A stretch of 64,000 nucleotides of DNA from an uncultured Actinomycetota bacterium (GTDB lineage Bacteria; Actinomycetota; Actinomycetes; JAFAQI01), in assembly GCA_963770565.1 (NCBI GenBank), contig CAVYQE010000011.1, positions 640,001-704,000 on the forward strand. The letters run 5' to 3'. How positions within the stretch are numbered: the first letter of the stretch is position 1; every line of letters starts with the position of its first letter. Under the pieces are notes generated by a model that was not told the DNA's origin, searched no databases, and saw nothing but the letters and a program-made list of their open reading frames with translations. Both the position numbers and the translations under genes were made by a program. Below are positions 52,149 through 60,613 of the stretch, in pieces.

Positions 52149-52186
52149 TGAGGGCCTTCGTCCCTTGATGTCGGGCCGTTCGCCAC
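52149..52186. promoter_or_regulatory. Tandem DosR/DevR-type boxes upstream of the acg-like gene
   Basis: AGGGCCTTCGTCCC (52151-52164) and GGGCCGTTCGCCAC (52173-52186). Confidence 0.7.
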
Positions 52187-52312
52187 TGTCGCCAGGACCG
52201 GCCGGCGTCAATGCTCAAGGTAGGAGCCGTCCTGACCTCAGCGGGTTCGCGGCGGTTCGCACATCCCGGGCGTTGCCCGATCGGCGACGCGGCCACCGGA
52301 GAGGAGTGCGTC

Positions 52313-53317
52313 ATGCCATCGAAGATCAGTCATTCCGACCTCAGCGAGTCGCAGGTCAACTGGGTGGTCAGTCAGGCGACCCGAGCACCATCGGTCTGCA
52401 ACACCCAGCCATGGCGGTTCCAGTGGGACGGCAAAACCTTCTCGTTGATCGCCGATCTTGGTCGTGGCCTGGTGGTCAGTGACCCGGTCGGCCGCGAACT
52501 TGTGATCAGTTGCGGGGCGGCGCTGTTCAACCTCCGGCTCGCTTTGCGGCATCTCGGGCTGCAGGGCCGGGTTCAGATCTTTCCCGACCGAAAGGACCCA
52601 CACCTGCTCGCGACCGTCGACGTTGTGGACGGGACTCCGATCGAGCCCGCCGAGAAGCGCTGGTTCACCGCGTTGCCGCGGCGGCACACCCACCGGACCC
52701 GGTTCAGCGATCGCCCGATGAGCCCGGCGCTCGCCGTACGACTGCAAGAGGCGGCGGAGTCAGAGGGTGCAGTTCTCGAGTACGTCCGCGACCCCGGCCC
52801 GACTCGCCGGATCCTGGACCTGGCCCGGACCGCTGAAGCGTTGCGCGCGAGTGATCCCGAGGCGCAGGCCGAGATGGCGCAGTGGACCCCGGAACCGAGC
52901 AGCGCCCGGCGCGACGGCGTACCCGCGCGCTCCTACAGTTCTGGCCCGCCGGCGGCAGGCCAGGGCGACCTTGCCGGTCGCGACTTCGACCTGGGTCGCG
53001 ACTTCGGCCGCGCCGAGCCCGAGCAGCAGCCACCGACCGCGATCGCGGCCCTTGTCACCGAGGGTGACCTTGCCCCCGACTGGCTCCAGGCCGGCCAAGC
53101 GCTCGAGGCGGTCTTGCTCGCCGCCGCGGCGGAGTGGTCGTTTGCTTCCATTCACAGTCGGATCACCGAGGTTCCCAACCTGCGGGCCGAGTTGCGGCGC
53201 GAACTTGCCACCGCCGGTTATCCGCAGCTCCTCCTTCGGTTCGGCTACGCCGAGGCCACGGCGACCACCCCGCGCCGCCCGACCGCGGAGGTCATCGACC
53301 TCACCGCGCGAGCCTGA
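52313..53317 (+). CDS. Acg family FMN-binding nitroreductase-like protein
   Basis: APSVCNTQPW, DPVGRELVISCGAALFNL, RRHTHR, DGVP, WLQAGQAL, PQLLLRFGY, TPRRP. Confidence 0.93.
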   Translation: MPSKISHSDLSESQVNWVVSQATRAPSVCNTQPWRFQWDGKTFSLIADLGRGLVVSDPVGRELVISCGAALFNLRLALRHLGLQGRVQIFPDRKDPHLLATVDVVDGTPIEPAEKRWFTALPRRHTHRTRFSDRPMSPALAVRLQEAAESEGAVLEYVRDPGPTRRILDLARTAEALRASDPEAQAEMAQWTPEPSSARRDGVPARSYSSGPPAAGQGDLAGRDFDLGRDFGRAEPEQQPPTAIAALVTEGDLAPDWLQAGQALEAVLLAAAAEWSFASIHSRITEVPNLRAELRRELATAGYPQLLLRFGYAEATATTPRRPTAEVIDLTARA

Positions 53318-53352
53318 TCAAAGCTGGTCAGGGCCCGGCTGACTATGCGCAG

Positions 53353-53389
53353 TGGGGACCTTCGGCCCTACCCGTCCAGCAGGTCCCGA
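53353..53389. promoter_or_regulatory. Tandem DosR/DevR-type boxes
   Basis: GGGACCTTCGGCCC (53355-53368) and GTCCAGCAGGTCCC (53374-53387). Confidence 0.75.
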
Positions 53390-53430
53390 TCTGAAACTTG
53401 GTGAGCGGAGCCCACCGAGGAGTGTGAGCA

Positions 53431-53658
53431 ATGAGCGTTGCGCAGCAGACCCAACTTCGTGACGACACGCTCGACCTCGTCAGCCGCTTGGTCCTGGAGT
53501 ACGACGGACGGGTTCCGCCGGCCGTGGTGATCCGTTGCCTTTCACAGGTCCGCTGGGAACTGCAGGCGGTTGGACTCCACGATGACCTGATCGATCTCAC
53601 CGAGCAGCGCGCGCGGATGCGGCTGGACGATCGGCCCGGAGCACGCGGCGCCGCCTGA
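53431..53658 (+). CDS. Small helical protein, paralog of 35899-36108
   Basis: GAGGAG RBS; LV..L..EY...V....V..C....RW.L...G..DDLI..TE..AR. Confidence 0.8.
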   Translation: MSVAQQTQLRDDTLDLVSRLVLEYDGRVPPAVVIRCLSQVRWELQAVGLHDDLIDLTEQRARMRLDDRPGARGAA

Positions 53659-53707
53659 ACAACGGCGAGGGCTCCCGCCGCGGCGGGGTGAAGAGCAAGA
53701 TGTCGTC

Positions 53708-54160
53708 ATGGCGGCGAAACCGAGGCAATCGACACCGGTGCGGTTCCCGGTCACGGCGCGCTGGGTCGTGCCGTTCTTCGGCTTGGCCGCGATCGGGTTG
53801 CTGACCTGGAGCATCTGGCTGGGTCTGTCCCTTCCCACGCATGCGACCGCGGACAACTACCGAGCAGCCTGGGTGGGGGTCGACGTGCTCGAGGTAGTCG
53901 CCCTCGGGTGCGTCGCGGTGTTCGCGCGAAAGGGCGATCCGCGGGTCGAGCTGCCGGCGGTCGGCTGTGCCGTTCTTCTGCTGGTCGATGCCTGGTTCGA
54001 CATCATGACCGCCGCGACGGCGTCGGCGCGGACCGAGGCGATCGTGCTCGCGGTCGTCGGCGAGCTCCCGCTCGCCGCCTGCTGCTGGTGGATCGCGCTG
54101 CACGTCGAGGGCGTGGTCCGGCTTGGTCGTCGGGGTGCCCTCGGCGAGTCCGACGACTAA
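53708..54160 (+). CDS. Hypothetical 4-TM membrane protein
   Basis: W..AWVG.D..E, LLVDAWFDI.TA, ELPLA. Confidence 0.8.
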   Translation: MAAKPRQSTPVRFPVTARWVVPFFGLAAIGLLTWSIWLGLSLPTHATADNYRAAWVGVDVLEVVALGCVAVFARKGDPRVELPAVGCAVLLLVDAWFDIMTAATASARTEAIVLAVVGELPLAACCWWIALHVEGVVRLGRRGALGESDD

Positions 54161-54241
54161 GTGTTGGCCGCCGATTGGCGTAAGCCCATAGCGGCCCTTG
54201 GCACCCTTGGGGTTCGGTCGCCGGCCGCCGAGGAATCCTTC

Positions 54242-54676
54242 ATGGGAGAGCGCACGCGTACGGCCTTGGACCATCCGCACCCTTGCGGGGCGTGCGGTGC
54301 GCCCTGGTCGCGGACCGAGCGGGCGGTGCGGTTCGAGCCGGACGGGGTCGAGATCTGGGTTCCCGTCGACCGCGACGGGAAGTGCTCCGCGGCGTGCTGG
54401 GACATCAGCATCGAGAAGTACGACCAGGAGCTCGTACGTCGAACCGACCTCACGATGTCCTATCGCTGGCTCCATCACCGCCGGGGCCGGCCGGACGAGC
54501 CGGTGTCCGACGCCCTGCAGGACGTTCGCAAGGCGCTGATCGAGGGCGTCGACGAGGACGACGCAGGCGCCGAACTGGTGACCGTCATGGAGGAGCCGGC
54601 CGGCGTGTCGATCGACCGTTCGCTGGCGAACATCTCGCTGCTCGAGCGCGCCGTCCCGGCCGCCCGGGAGGCGTGA
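54242..54676 (+). CDS. Hypothetical protein with N-terminal Cys cluster
   Basis: GAGGA RBS; HPCGAC...KCSAAC; high GC3. Confidence 0.65.
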   Translation: MGERTRTALDHPHPCGACGAPWSRTERAVRFEPDGVEIWVPVDRDGKCSAACWDISIEKYDQELVRRTDLTMSYRWLHHRRGRPDEPVSDALQDVRKALIEGVDEDDAGAELVTVMEEPAGVSIDRSLANISLLERAVPAAREA

Positions 54677-54701
54677 GCGGCGCCAGGCGTCGTCGCCGCG
54701 C

Positions 54702-55595
54702 TCAGGCGTTGATGTGCCAGAGCGCGTCCAGCCGCTGGGCGATGTAGTCGTGCGGTGAGAGCCCGGCCTTGGTGGCGAGCTCCTCGATCCGAGCAACGAT
54801 GGTCGGGTCGTCGATCACGATCGAGTTCGTGGCCGGGGGCGGAGTCGGGGTAGGAGTGGGCGCCGGCACCGCGAGCGGTTGGAGCACGGTTGCGTCGCCT
54901 TGGGTGGCCAGCAATGCCTCGAACGTCGCGGTCGAGTAGAAGAAGTGGCCTTCGACGCCGTAGCTCGTTCCCCACGAGTTGACCAACTCCCACAAGTCGG
55001 CGGTCGCGTCGTACCCGATGCACTCGTACTCGTGCCCACCGCGCACGGTTGCGCCCTTGGCGATGGCGACCAGACCCTTGGCGTCCGGGGTGTCGAACGA
55101 GGTGTACCAGTCAGAGCCGATGATGAACGGCCCGGTCTGGATCGCGGTCTGTGCTGCCGCAATCGAGGTGATGTGGGTGTAGCCGGAGATCAGGCCGGCC
55201 TTCGTCGCTGCCTTGGCAACTGACAGGCCGGAGGAGCCGTGGTCGTTCGGCGGGTACGGGCCATCGCCGTCGATCGTCTCGGCGGCGCTGTAGAGGCTGA
55301 GCGCTTCGGTCTCGTCGAGCTTCAGCCCTTTGGCGATCATGTCGGTCAGGCTGTCGAAGCCTGGTTCGGTGCCGAGCGCACCGGTCGCTGCATTTCCCGT
55401 GCAAGCGCCGACTGATTTCTGGTCGAGCACCGGGATCTTGCGGTCCCAGCGCGCGGTTGCGACGGTTCCGTCGGCCTTGACCAGGTAGGCCAGCGACCGG
55501 GAGTCGTGGTGCACGTGGCGGCCGAGCGGCTTGCCCTCGACCGGCGTCTCCGGGATGTTGCGGTGCGTGATCGTGTAGAGCGAGCTGTCCGTCAT
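54702..55595 (-). CDS. Papain-like (C1) cysteine peptidase with Pro/Thr linker and short C-terminal domain
   Basis: DQKSVGACTG, GGHEY, NSWG; GGAGGA RBS. Confidence 0.85.
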   Translation of the reverse strand: MTDSSLYTITHRNIPETPVEGKPLGRHVHHDSRSLAYLVKADGTVATARWDRKIPVLDQKSVGACTGNAATGALGTEPGFDSLTDMIAKGLKLDETEALSLYSAAETIDGDGPYPPNDHGSSGLSVAKAATKAGLISGYTHITSIAAAQTAIQTGPFIIGSDWYTSFDTPDAKGLVAIAKGATVRGGHEYECIGYDATADLWELVNSWGTSYGVEGHFFYSTATFEALLATQGDATVLQPLAVPAPTPTPTPPPATNSIVIDDPTIVARIEELATKAGLSPHDYIAQRLDALWHINA

Positions 55596-55965
55596 CGTTC
55601 GTCCTCCGTGCCCGAGAAGGATGTGCCTAGGGGTGAGTGCGGACATGTTCAGTGCGCACCAATGGCGCCGCGCCCGGCGAGGTCTTCGGCAACCGGCTCG
55701 TGCAGCGTGGGCGAGGGAGCGCGGGATCGGCTGTCTTCCCTGGAGGTTGCGGTGGGTCGATCGGCGAGGTCGACCGGGGTCGGTCTACCACCGCAGGTAG
55801 AGGTCGTCAATGAGCGTCACCCGACCGGACGTGTCGCGGTGTCAGCGGGTGACACCCCTTTGCGCGCAGGCGTTGGCACGTCATGATCAGTCGGTCGGAC
55901 CGCGCCCGCGCGGTCCGGAGGTACGCCGTGGGCCGTGCCTGCAGGTGCACCGGACGGGAGGAACG

Positions 55966-57534
55966 ATGGGCTCGAGGAAGCGAGTGGGGCCGACGGCGGC
56001 GACGGCGGCGCCGGCGGTTGCCACTGATGCGGCCTTCGCACCGGGCGGCTCGTCGACGGCGCGCAAGCGCCGGACTCTGCGCAACATCTCCGAGGTGCGG
56101 CACTTCTTCCGGACCAACGACGTCCCGATCTATTTCGTCGGCGCGACCCCCTTCAACCTGCTCGGTCTCGACCGATGGGTGCGCGACTTGTGGTTCGTGG
56201 CCTACTACGACGGCTGGGACGGCGCGCACCCGCGGATGTTCACGCCGAAACACAAGCCGTACACCGAGTTCGGCAGTGGCGAGGAGATCAACAACTGGCT
56301 GCTGAACAACCCCGAGGTACGGGCATTCATGGGCCGCGGGCTGCGGCCGGGTGTTCGGCCGAAGGTCGCGATGGTGTTCTTCAACGAGGAGACCGAGGCG
56401 ATCTGCGCCGAACTCGGCTACGACCTGATCCTGCCGCCGGCCGCGCTGCGGGAGCATCTGGACTCGAAGCTCGTCACGACCCGGCTCGGCAACGAGGCGG
56501 GCGCGCTGAGCGTGCCGAACACTCTCACCAAGGTCGACGACTGGGAAGGCCTGTGCAAGGCGGCCGCGAAGGCCGGGCTCGGCGAGGACCTGGTGGTCCA
56601 GACGCCGTACGGCGACTCCGGCAAGACCACCTTCTTTGTCAGCTCGGAGACCGACTGGAAGAAACACCAGAAGGAGATCGTCGGTCAGGACGTCAAGGTC
56701 ATGAAGCGGATCAACAACCGCCCGGTCGCGGTCGAGGCGGTGCTCACCCGGTGCGGGACGGTGGTCGGGCCGTTCATGTCGGAGCTCACCGGCTACACGA
56801 AGCTCACTCCTTATCGCGGTGGTTGGTGCGGCAACGAGATGTTCGCCGACGTGTTGTCTGGCCAGCTGCGCAAGAAGGCGACCAAGCTGGTTCGCCGACT
56901 CGGCAAGCGCTTGGCGGCAGAGGGCTACCGCGGCTTCTTCGAAGTCGACGTCCTGGTCGACACCGACACCGACGAGGTCTATCTCGGCGAGTTGAACCCG
57001 CGGATCAGCGGTGCATCCGCGATCACCAACGTGACCGCGGGGGCGTATGCGGATGTGCCGCTGTTCCTGTTCCACCTGTTGGAGTTCATGGACATCGACT
57101 TCGACCTCGACGTCGACGAGATCAACAAGCGTTGGCAGGCCCTCGCCGGCGAAGACGTGTGGAGCCAGATGATCATCAAGGAGACCTCGCCCGGCGTCCA
57201 GCTGATCGACACGACCGCCCGCACCGGGCAGTACGCCCTGGACGGCAGTGGTGCGCTGGTCTTCCGGCGGGCCGGGCTCGACTGGCACCAGCTGCAGAAC
57301 GAGTCGGAGGCGTTCTACCTCCGGATCTACGGCCCGGGGGACTACCGCTGGAAAGGCGCTGACCTCGGCGTTCTTGTCACTAAAGGTCGACTACAGGTCG
57401 AGACTGCGTCCGGCGCCACCGCGCTGACGATCCGGGCCCGGCACCTGATCGACTCGATCCGGGCCGAGTACTCGGGAACTGCGCTGGCCGACCCGGCTGA
57501 GGTCAAGAAGCACGTCGGGGTGAAGTCGGTCTGA
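55966..57534 (+). CDS. ATP-grasp ligase (peptide/amide ligase-like)
   Basis: DSKL, QTPYGDSGKTTFF, VMKRI, WCGN, GFFEVD, GELNPRISG; GGAGG RBS. Confidence 0.85.
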   Translation: MGSRKRVGPTAATAAPAVATDAAFAPGGSSTARKRRTLRNISEVRHFFRTNDVPIYFVGATPFNLLGLDRWVRDLWFVAYYDGWDGAHPRMFTPKHKPYTEFGSGEEINNWLLNNPEVRAFMGRGLRPGVRPKVAMVFFNEETEAICAELGYDLILPPAALREHLDSKLVTTRLGNEAGALSVPNTLTKVDDWEGLCKAAAKAGLGEDLVVQTPYGDSGKTTFFVSSETDWKKHQKEIVGQDVKVMKRINNRPVAVEAVLTRCGTVVGPFMSELTGYTKLTPYRGGWCGNEMFADVLSGQLRKKATKLVRRLGKRLAAEGYRGFFEVDVLVDTDTDEVYLGELNPRISGASAITNVTAGAYADVPLFLFHLLEFMDIDFDLDVDEINKRWQALAGEDVWSQMIIKETSPGVQLIDTTARTGQYALDGSGALVFRRAGLDWHQLQNESEAFYLRIYGPGDYRWKGADLGVLVTKGRLQVETASGATALTIRARHLIDSIRAEYSGTALADPAEVKKHVGVKSV

Positions 57535-57654
57535 CCGACCGACCCGTTGCCGGCCATCGCCTGGCCGGTGTGCGAGTCTCGGGCACGGTACGGCGCGCGA
57601 CCACAGTCGGGTGCAGGCGCGGTCTGCGCGGTAGTCCGGGACGAGGAGGGTCAG

Positions 57655-58857
57655 GTGATCGGGGGCGATCCATCCCGGGTGCCGAGCGGCGTGGCCCTGG
57701 ACAACTGGCAACTCGCCCCTAACCTGCACTGGTCGTTCCAGCACATCGCCGACTTCCTGCCGACCGCATCGATCTCGCGCGGCGTTGGACCGGTCGCGCT
57801 GCTGCCGTTGGCGGCGTCGGCGATCAGCGAGATCGTCGTGCCGTGGAGCCGCGGACCTGAGGCCGGCCAGAGCCAGCGCACGGTCGGCGATGTCATCGCC
57901 TCGTCGATGACCGACGGCTGGATGTTGTTGCACCGCGGTCACGTGCTCGCTGAGGAATACTTCGGCAGCCTGGACGTCGGCACCCCGCATCTGCTGATGT
58001 CGGTCACCAAGTCGATGGTCGGTTGCGTGGCCGGCTCCATGGTCGACAGCGGCGCGATCGACCCCGAGGCGGAGTTGACCGCGTACGTTCCGGCGCTCGC
58101 AGCCTCCGGGTACGCCGGTGCGACGGTTCGGCACCTGCTCGACATGCGCTCCGGCATCGACTTCTCCGAGGACTATCTCGATCCGGACGCACATGTGCGG
58201 GTGCTCGAGGAGGCGATCGGCTGGGCCCCGCGCCGGACGCCGGGCGTGCCGACGACGATGTACGACTACCTGCTCACGTTGGCGCAGAAGGGCCCGCACG
58301 GCGGGCCGTTCGAGTATCGGTCGTGCGAGAGCGACGTCCTCGGCTGGATCTGCGAGGCCGCCAGCGGGATGCGGATGCCGGACCTGATGTCCGAGCTGCT
58401 GTGGGGCCGGATCGGCGCCGAGTACGACGCCAACATCGCGATCGACTCGATCGGCGTCGGCATGTTTGACGGCGGGATGAGCGCGGCGCTGCGCGACCTG
58501 GTGCGATTCGGGGCGATGATCCTGGCGGAGGGCACCTCGCTCACCGGGGCCCACGTGGTGTCACCGGCGTGGGTCGCCGACACGTTCGCCGGCGGCCCGG
58601 ACTCGCGCGCGGCGTTCGCGGCCAGCCCGACCGAGACCTTGATGACCGGCGGGATGTATCGCAACCAGTTCTGGTCGCCGTCGGCCGACCCGGATGTCGT
58701 GATCTGCCTGGGGATCCACGGCCAGATGATCTACGTCAACCGCCGGGCTGAGGTCGTCGCGGCGAAGCTGTCGAGCTGGCCGACGCCGCAGGACCCCGGT
58801 CTGCTCTTTGCCGCGCTCGATGCGTTCGACGCGGTCGCCAACGCCCTGTCGCTCTGA
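57655..58857 (+). CDS. Serine hydrolase, 6-aminohexanoate-dimer hydrolase (NylB)-like
   Basis: NWQLAP..HWSFQH, HLLMSVTKS, LLDMRSG, FEYRS, YRNQFW, GIHGQ; GAGGAGG RBS. Confidence 0.88.
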   Translation: MIGGDPSRVPSGVALDNWQLAPNLHWSFQHIADFLPTASISRGVGPVALLPLAASAISEIVVPWSRGPEAGQSQRTVGDVIASSMTDGWMLLHRGHVLAEEYFGSLDVGTPHLLMSVTKSMVGCVAGSMVDSGAIDPEAELTAYVPALAASGYAGATVRHLLDMRSGIDFSEDYLDPDAHVRVLEEAIGWAPRRTPGVPTTMYDYLLTLAQKGPHGGPFEYRSCESDVLGWICEAASGMRMPDLMSELLWGRIGAEYDANIAIDSIGVGMFDGGMSAALRDLVRFGAMILAEGTSLTGAHVVSPAWVADTFAGGPDSRAAFAASPTETLMTGGMYRNQFWSPSADPDVVICLGIHGQMIYVNRRAEVVAAKLSSWPTPQDPGLLFAALDAFDAVANALSL

Positions 58858-58934
58858 CTTTCGGGCCTTTCGGCACCGGCTGCCGACCGTTGCGGCGGAT
58901 CAAGACGCGGTAAGCGACTGCCGACGTTTCTTGG

Positions 58935-60005
58935 GTGACCCCGAGCCCGGCTGCGTTCGTCGAGGTCGACGTCACCTTCCGCGCCGTCGACGCCGGATCG
59001 AGCGTCGACGGCTGGCTCCCCGGCATGTTCGCCGCCGCGTGGCCGTCGTACCGGGCCTGGTTCCTTTCCGAAGGCGAAGCGGCCCGACCGTCGTACGCCG
59101 AGTGTGCCGAGCAGTTGCGATGGCACATGCCCGAGCTGGCCGGTACTTACGACGCGTTGGTTGAGGCGGTCGGTGGCGGCGACATCGAGGCGCGCTTCCT
59201 CAGCCACTGGTGCCCGCCGCCGCTCGCGACGGCTTGTTCGCTCGGCGTCTGGCCGGGCGGACCCAACGTGCTGGTCCGCAACTACGACTTCCCGCTCCAG
59301 CAGTGCGATACGACCGTGCTCGCGTCGGTGTGGCACGGCCCGCGCGTGCTGGCGATGAGCGACTGCCTCTGGGGTGCGGTCGATGGCATCAACGAGCACG
59401 GTCTCGCGGTGGCGATCGCGTTCGGCGGACGCCGCGTGGTCGGGCCGGGATTCGGGATCGGCCTGGTCGTGCGCTACGTCCTCGAGGTGGCTCGTTCAGT
59501 GGCGGAGGCGATCGAGCTGCTGGCTCGACTGCCGGTCAGCATGGCGTACAACGTCGGCCTGATCGACCGGCTCGGGCACGGTGCGATCGTTGCGGTGGCA
59601 CCGGATCGGCCGGCCGTCGTAACGCCGGCGCTCACTGCGGGCAACCGGCAGGGCCCGACCGAGTGGCCGGAGCACGCCGCGATGTGCGCGACCGTCGAGC
59701 GCGAGGAAGCGCTCGGTGTTGCCATCGCCGACCCGCAGCTGACCGCCGCCGGTCTCGTCCAGACCTTCCTGCACCCGCCGGTGTGGCGCGATCCCGCGAC
59801 GACGCCGTGGGGGACGGTTTACACCGCGGCGTACGACAGCGACTGGGGCACCCTGGACCTGCTGTGGCCGGACGAGGCGTGGCGCTTGTCGGTGCACGAC
59901 GCCGTTGACGGCAGGCGGATCCGTCGCTCCTGGGTGGCGATGCCGACTGCGGTCTGGCCGGTGGAGGGCGACTCCTGGGCGATGCCGGTCCCGGTGGGCT
60001 GGTAG
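58935..60005 (+). CDS. C45 family autoproteolytic acyltransferase/hydrolase (Ntn)
   Basis: HMPEL, ACS (nucleophile Cys), LVRNYDF, DGINEHGLAV, WGTVYTA.Y. Confidence 0.88.
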   Translation: MTPSPAAFVEVDVTFRAVDAGSSVDGWLPGMFAAAWPSYRAWFLSEGEAARPSYAECAEQLRWHMPELAGTYDALVEAVGGGDIEARFLSHWCPPPLATACSLGVWPGGPNVLVRNYDFPLQQCDTTVLASVWHGPRVLAMSDCLWGAVDGINEHGLAVAIAFGGRRVVGPGFGIGLVVRYVLEVARSVAEAIELLARLPVSMAYNVGLIDRLGHGAIVAVAPDRPAVVTPALTAGNRQGPTEWPEHAAMCATVEREEALGVAIADPQLTAAGLVQTFLHPPVWRDPATTPWGTVYTAAYDSDWGTLDLLWPDEAWRLSVHDAVDGRRIRRSWVAMPTAVWPVEGDSWAMPVPVGW

Positions 60006-60036
60006 TCGCTCGTTCGCGACCGCACGGTTCGCCACG

Positions 60037-60561
60037 TCAGCCGGCGACGGTGGCCGCCTTCGCAATCGCGCGCACTGTTGCACCGAGGTCGGCCCCGGCA
60101 CGCCCGTTGTAGAGCGGGCCGGTTCCGTCGGTCAATAGCAGGCCGGCCATGGCGACCCCGCGGGCCGCGGGTGCGAGCGGTGCGGACAGGACGCCGGCGA
60201 GTTGCCGGATGTCTCGTTCTGCGGCAACGATTCGGCCGCGCTGCAGTGGCACCTGACGGCCGGTGCCCGAAGGCGGCCGCTGCGCCCGGCTGATCAGCTC
60301 GCGCCAGTCGTCGGCCAGGCGCTGCCGCGACGTCGATGCCATCAGCAGCTGGGCGCGGGTGGCCAGCAGCCGGCTGGTCTCGGGCTCGTGACCGGCAGCG
60401 AGCCGACGGTCGAGCGATGCGCCGCGCAACCGGCTCAGCAGCCGGGTCAGCCGAGTGACCGGCCGGATCACATAGCCGGCGCCGCCCCGCGTGTCGATGA
60501 CGAGCACCTGCGCGGGTGCGCCGACGTCGATGGCCGGGAAGCGGGACTGTGTCGTCGTCAT
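60037..60561 (-). CDS. Hypothetical protein
   Basis: SLDRRLAAG..PE, ARGVAMA..LLTDG.GPLY; divergent from the AraC regulator. Confidence 0.72.
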   Translation of the reverse strand: MTTTQSRFPAIDVGAPAQVLVIDTRGGAGYVIRPVTRLTRLLSRLRGASLDRRLAAGHEPETSRLLATRAQLLMASTSRQRLADDWRELISRAQRPPSGTGRQVPLQRGRIVAAERDIRQLAGVLSAPLAPAARGVAMAGLLLTDGTGPLYNGRAGADLGATVRAIAKAATVAG

Positions 60562-60613
60562 GGCCCGATTCTCCCGGTGACGGCGACGAGGCAGGTGTGG
60601 CATTATTGTCCTT

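Noticed and set aside
55596-55965. Possible precursor peptide or small ORF upstream of the ATP-grasp gene
   Set aside because: No ORF with an RBS, coding bias or repeated core motif could be supported.
55966-57534. Biotin carboxylase
   Set aside because: It lacks the ANRGEIA and HPGYGFLSE motifs, and no BCCP or carboxyltransferase gene is adjacent.
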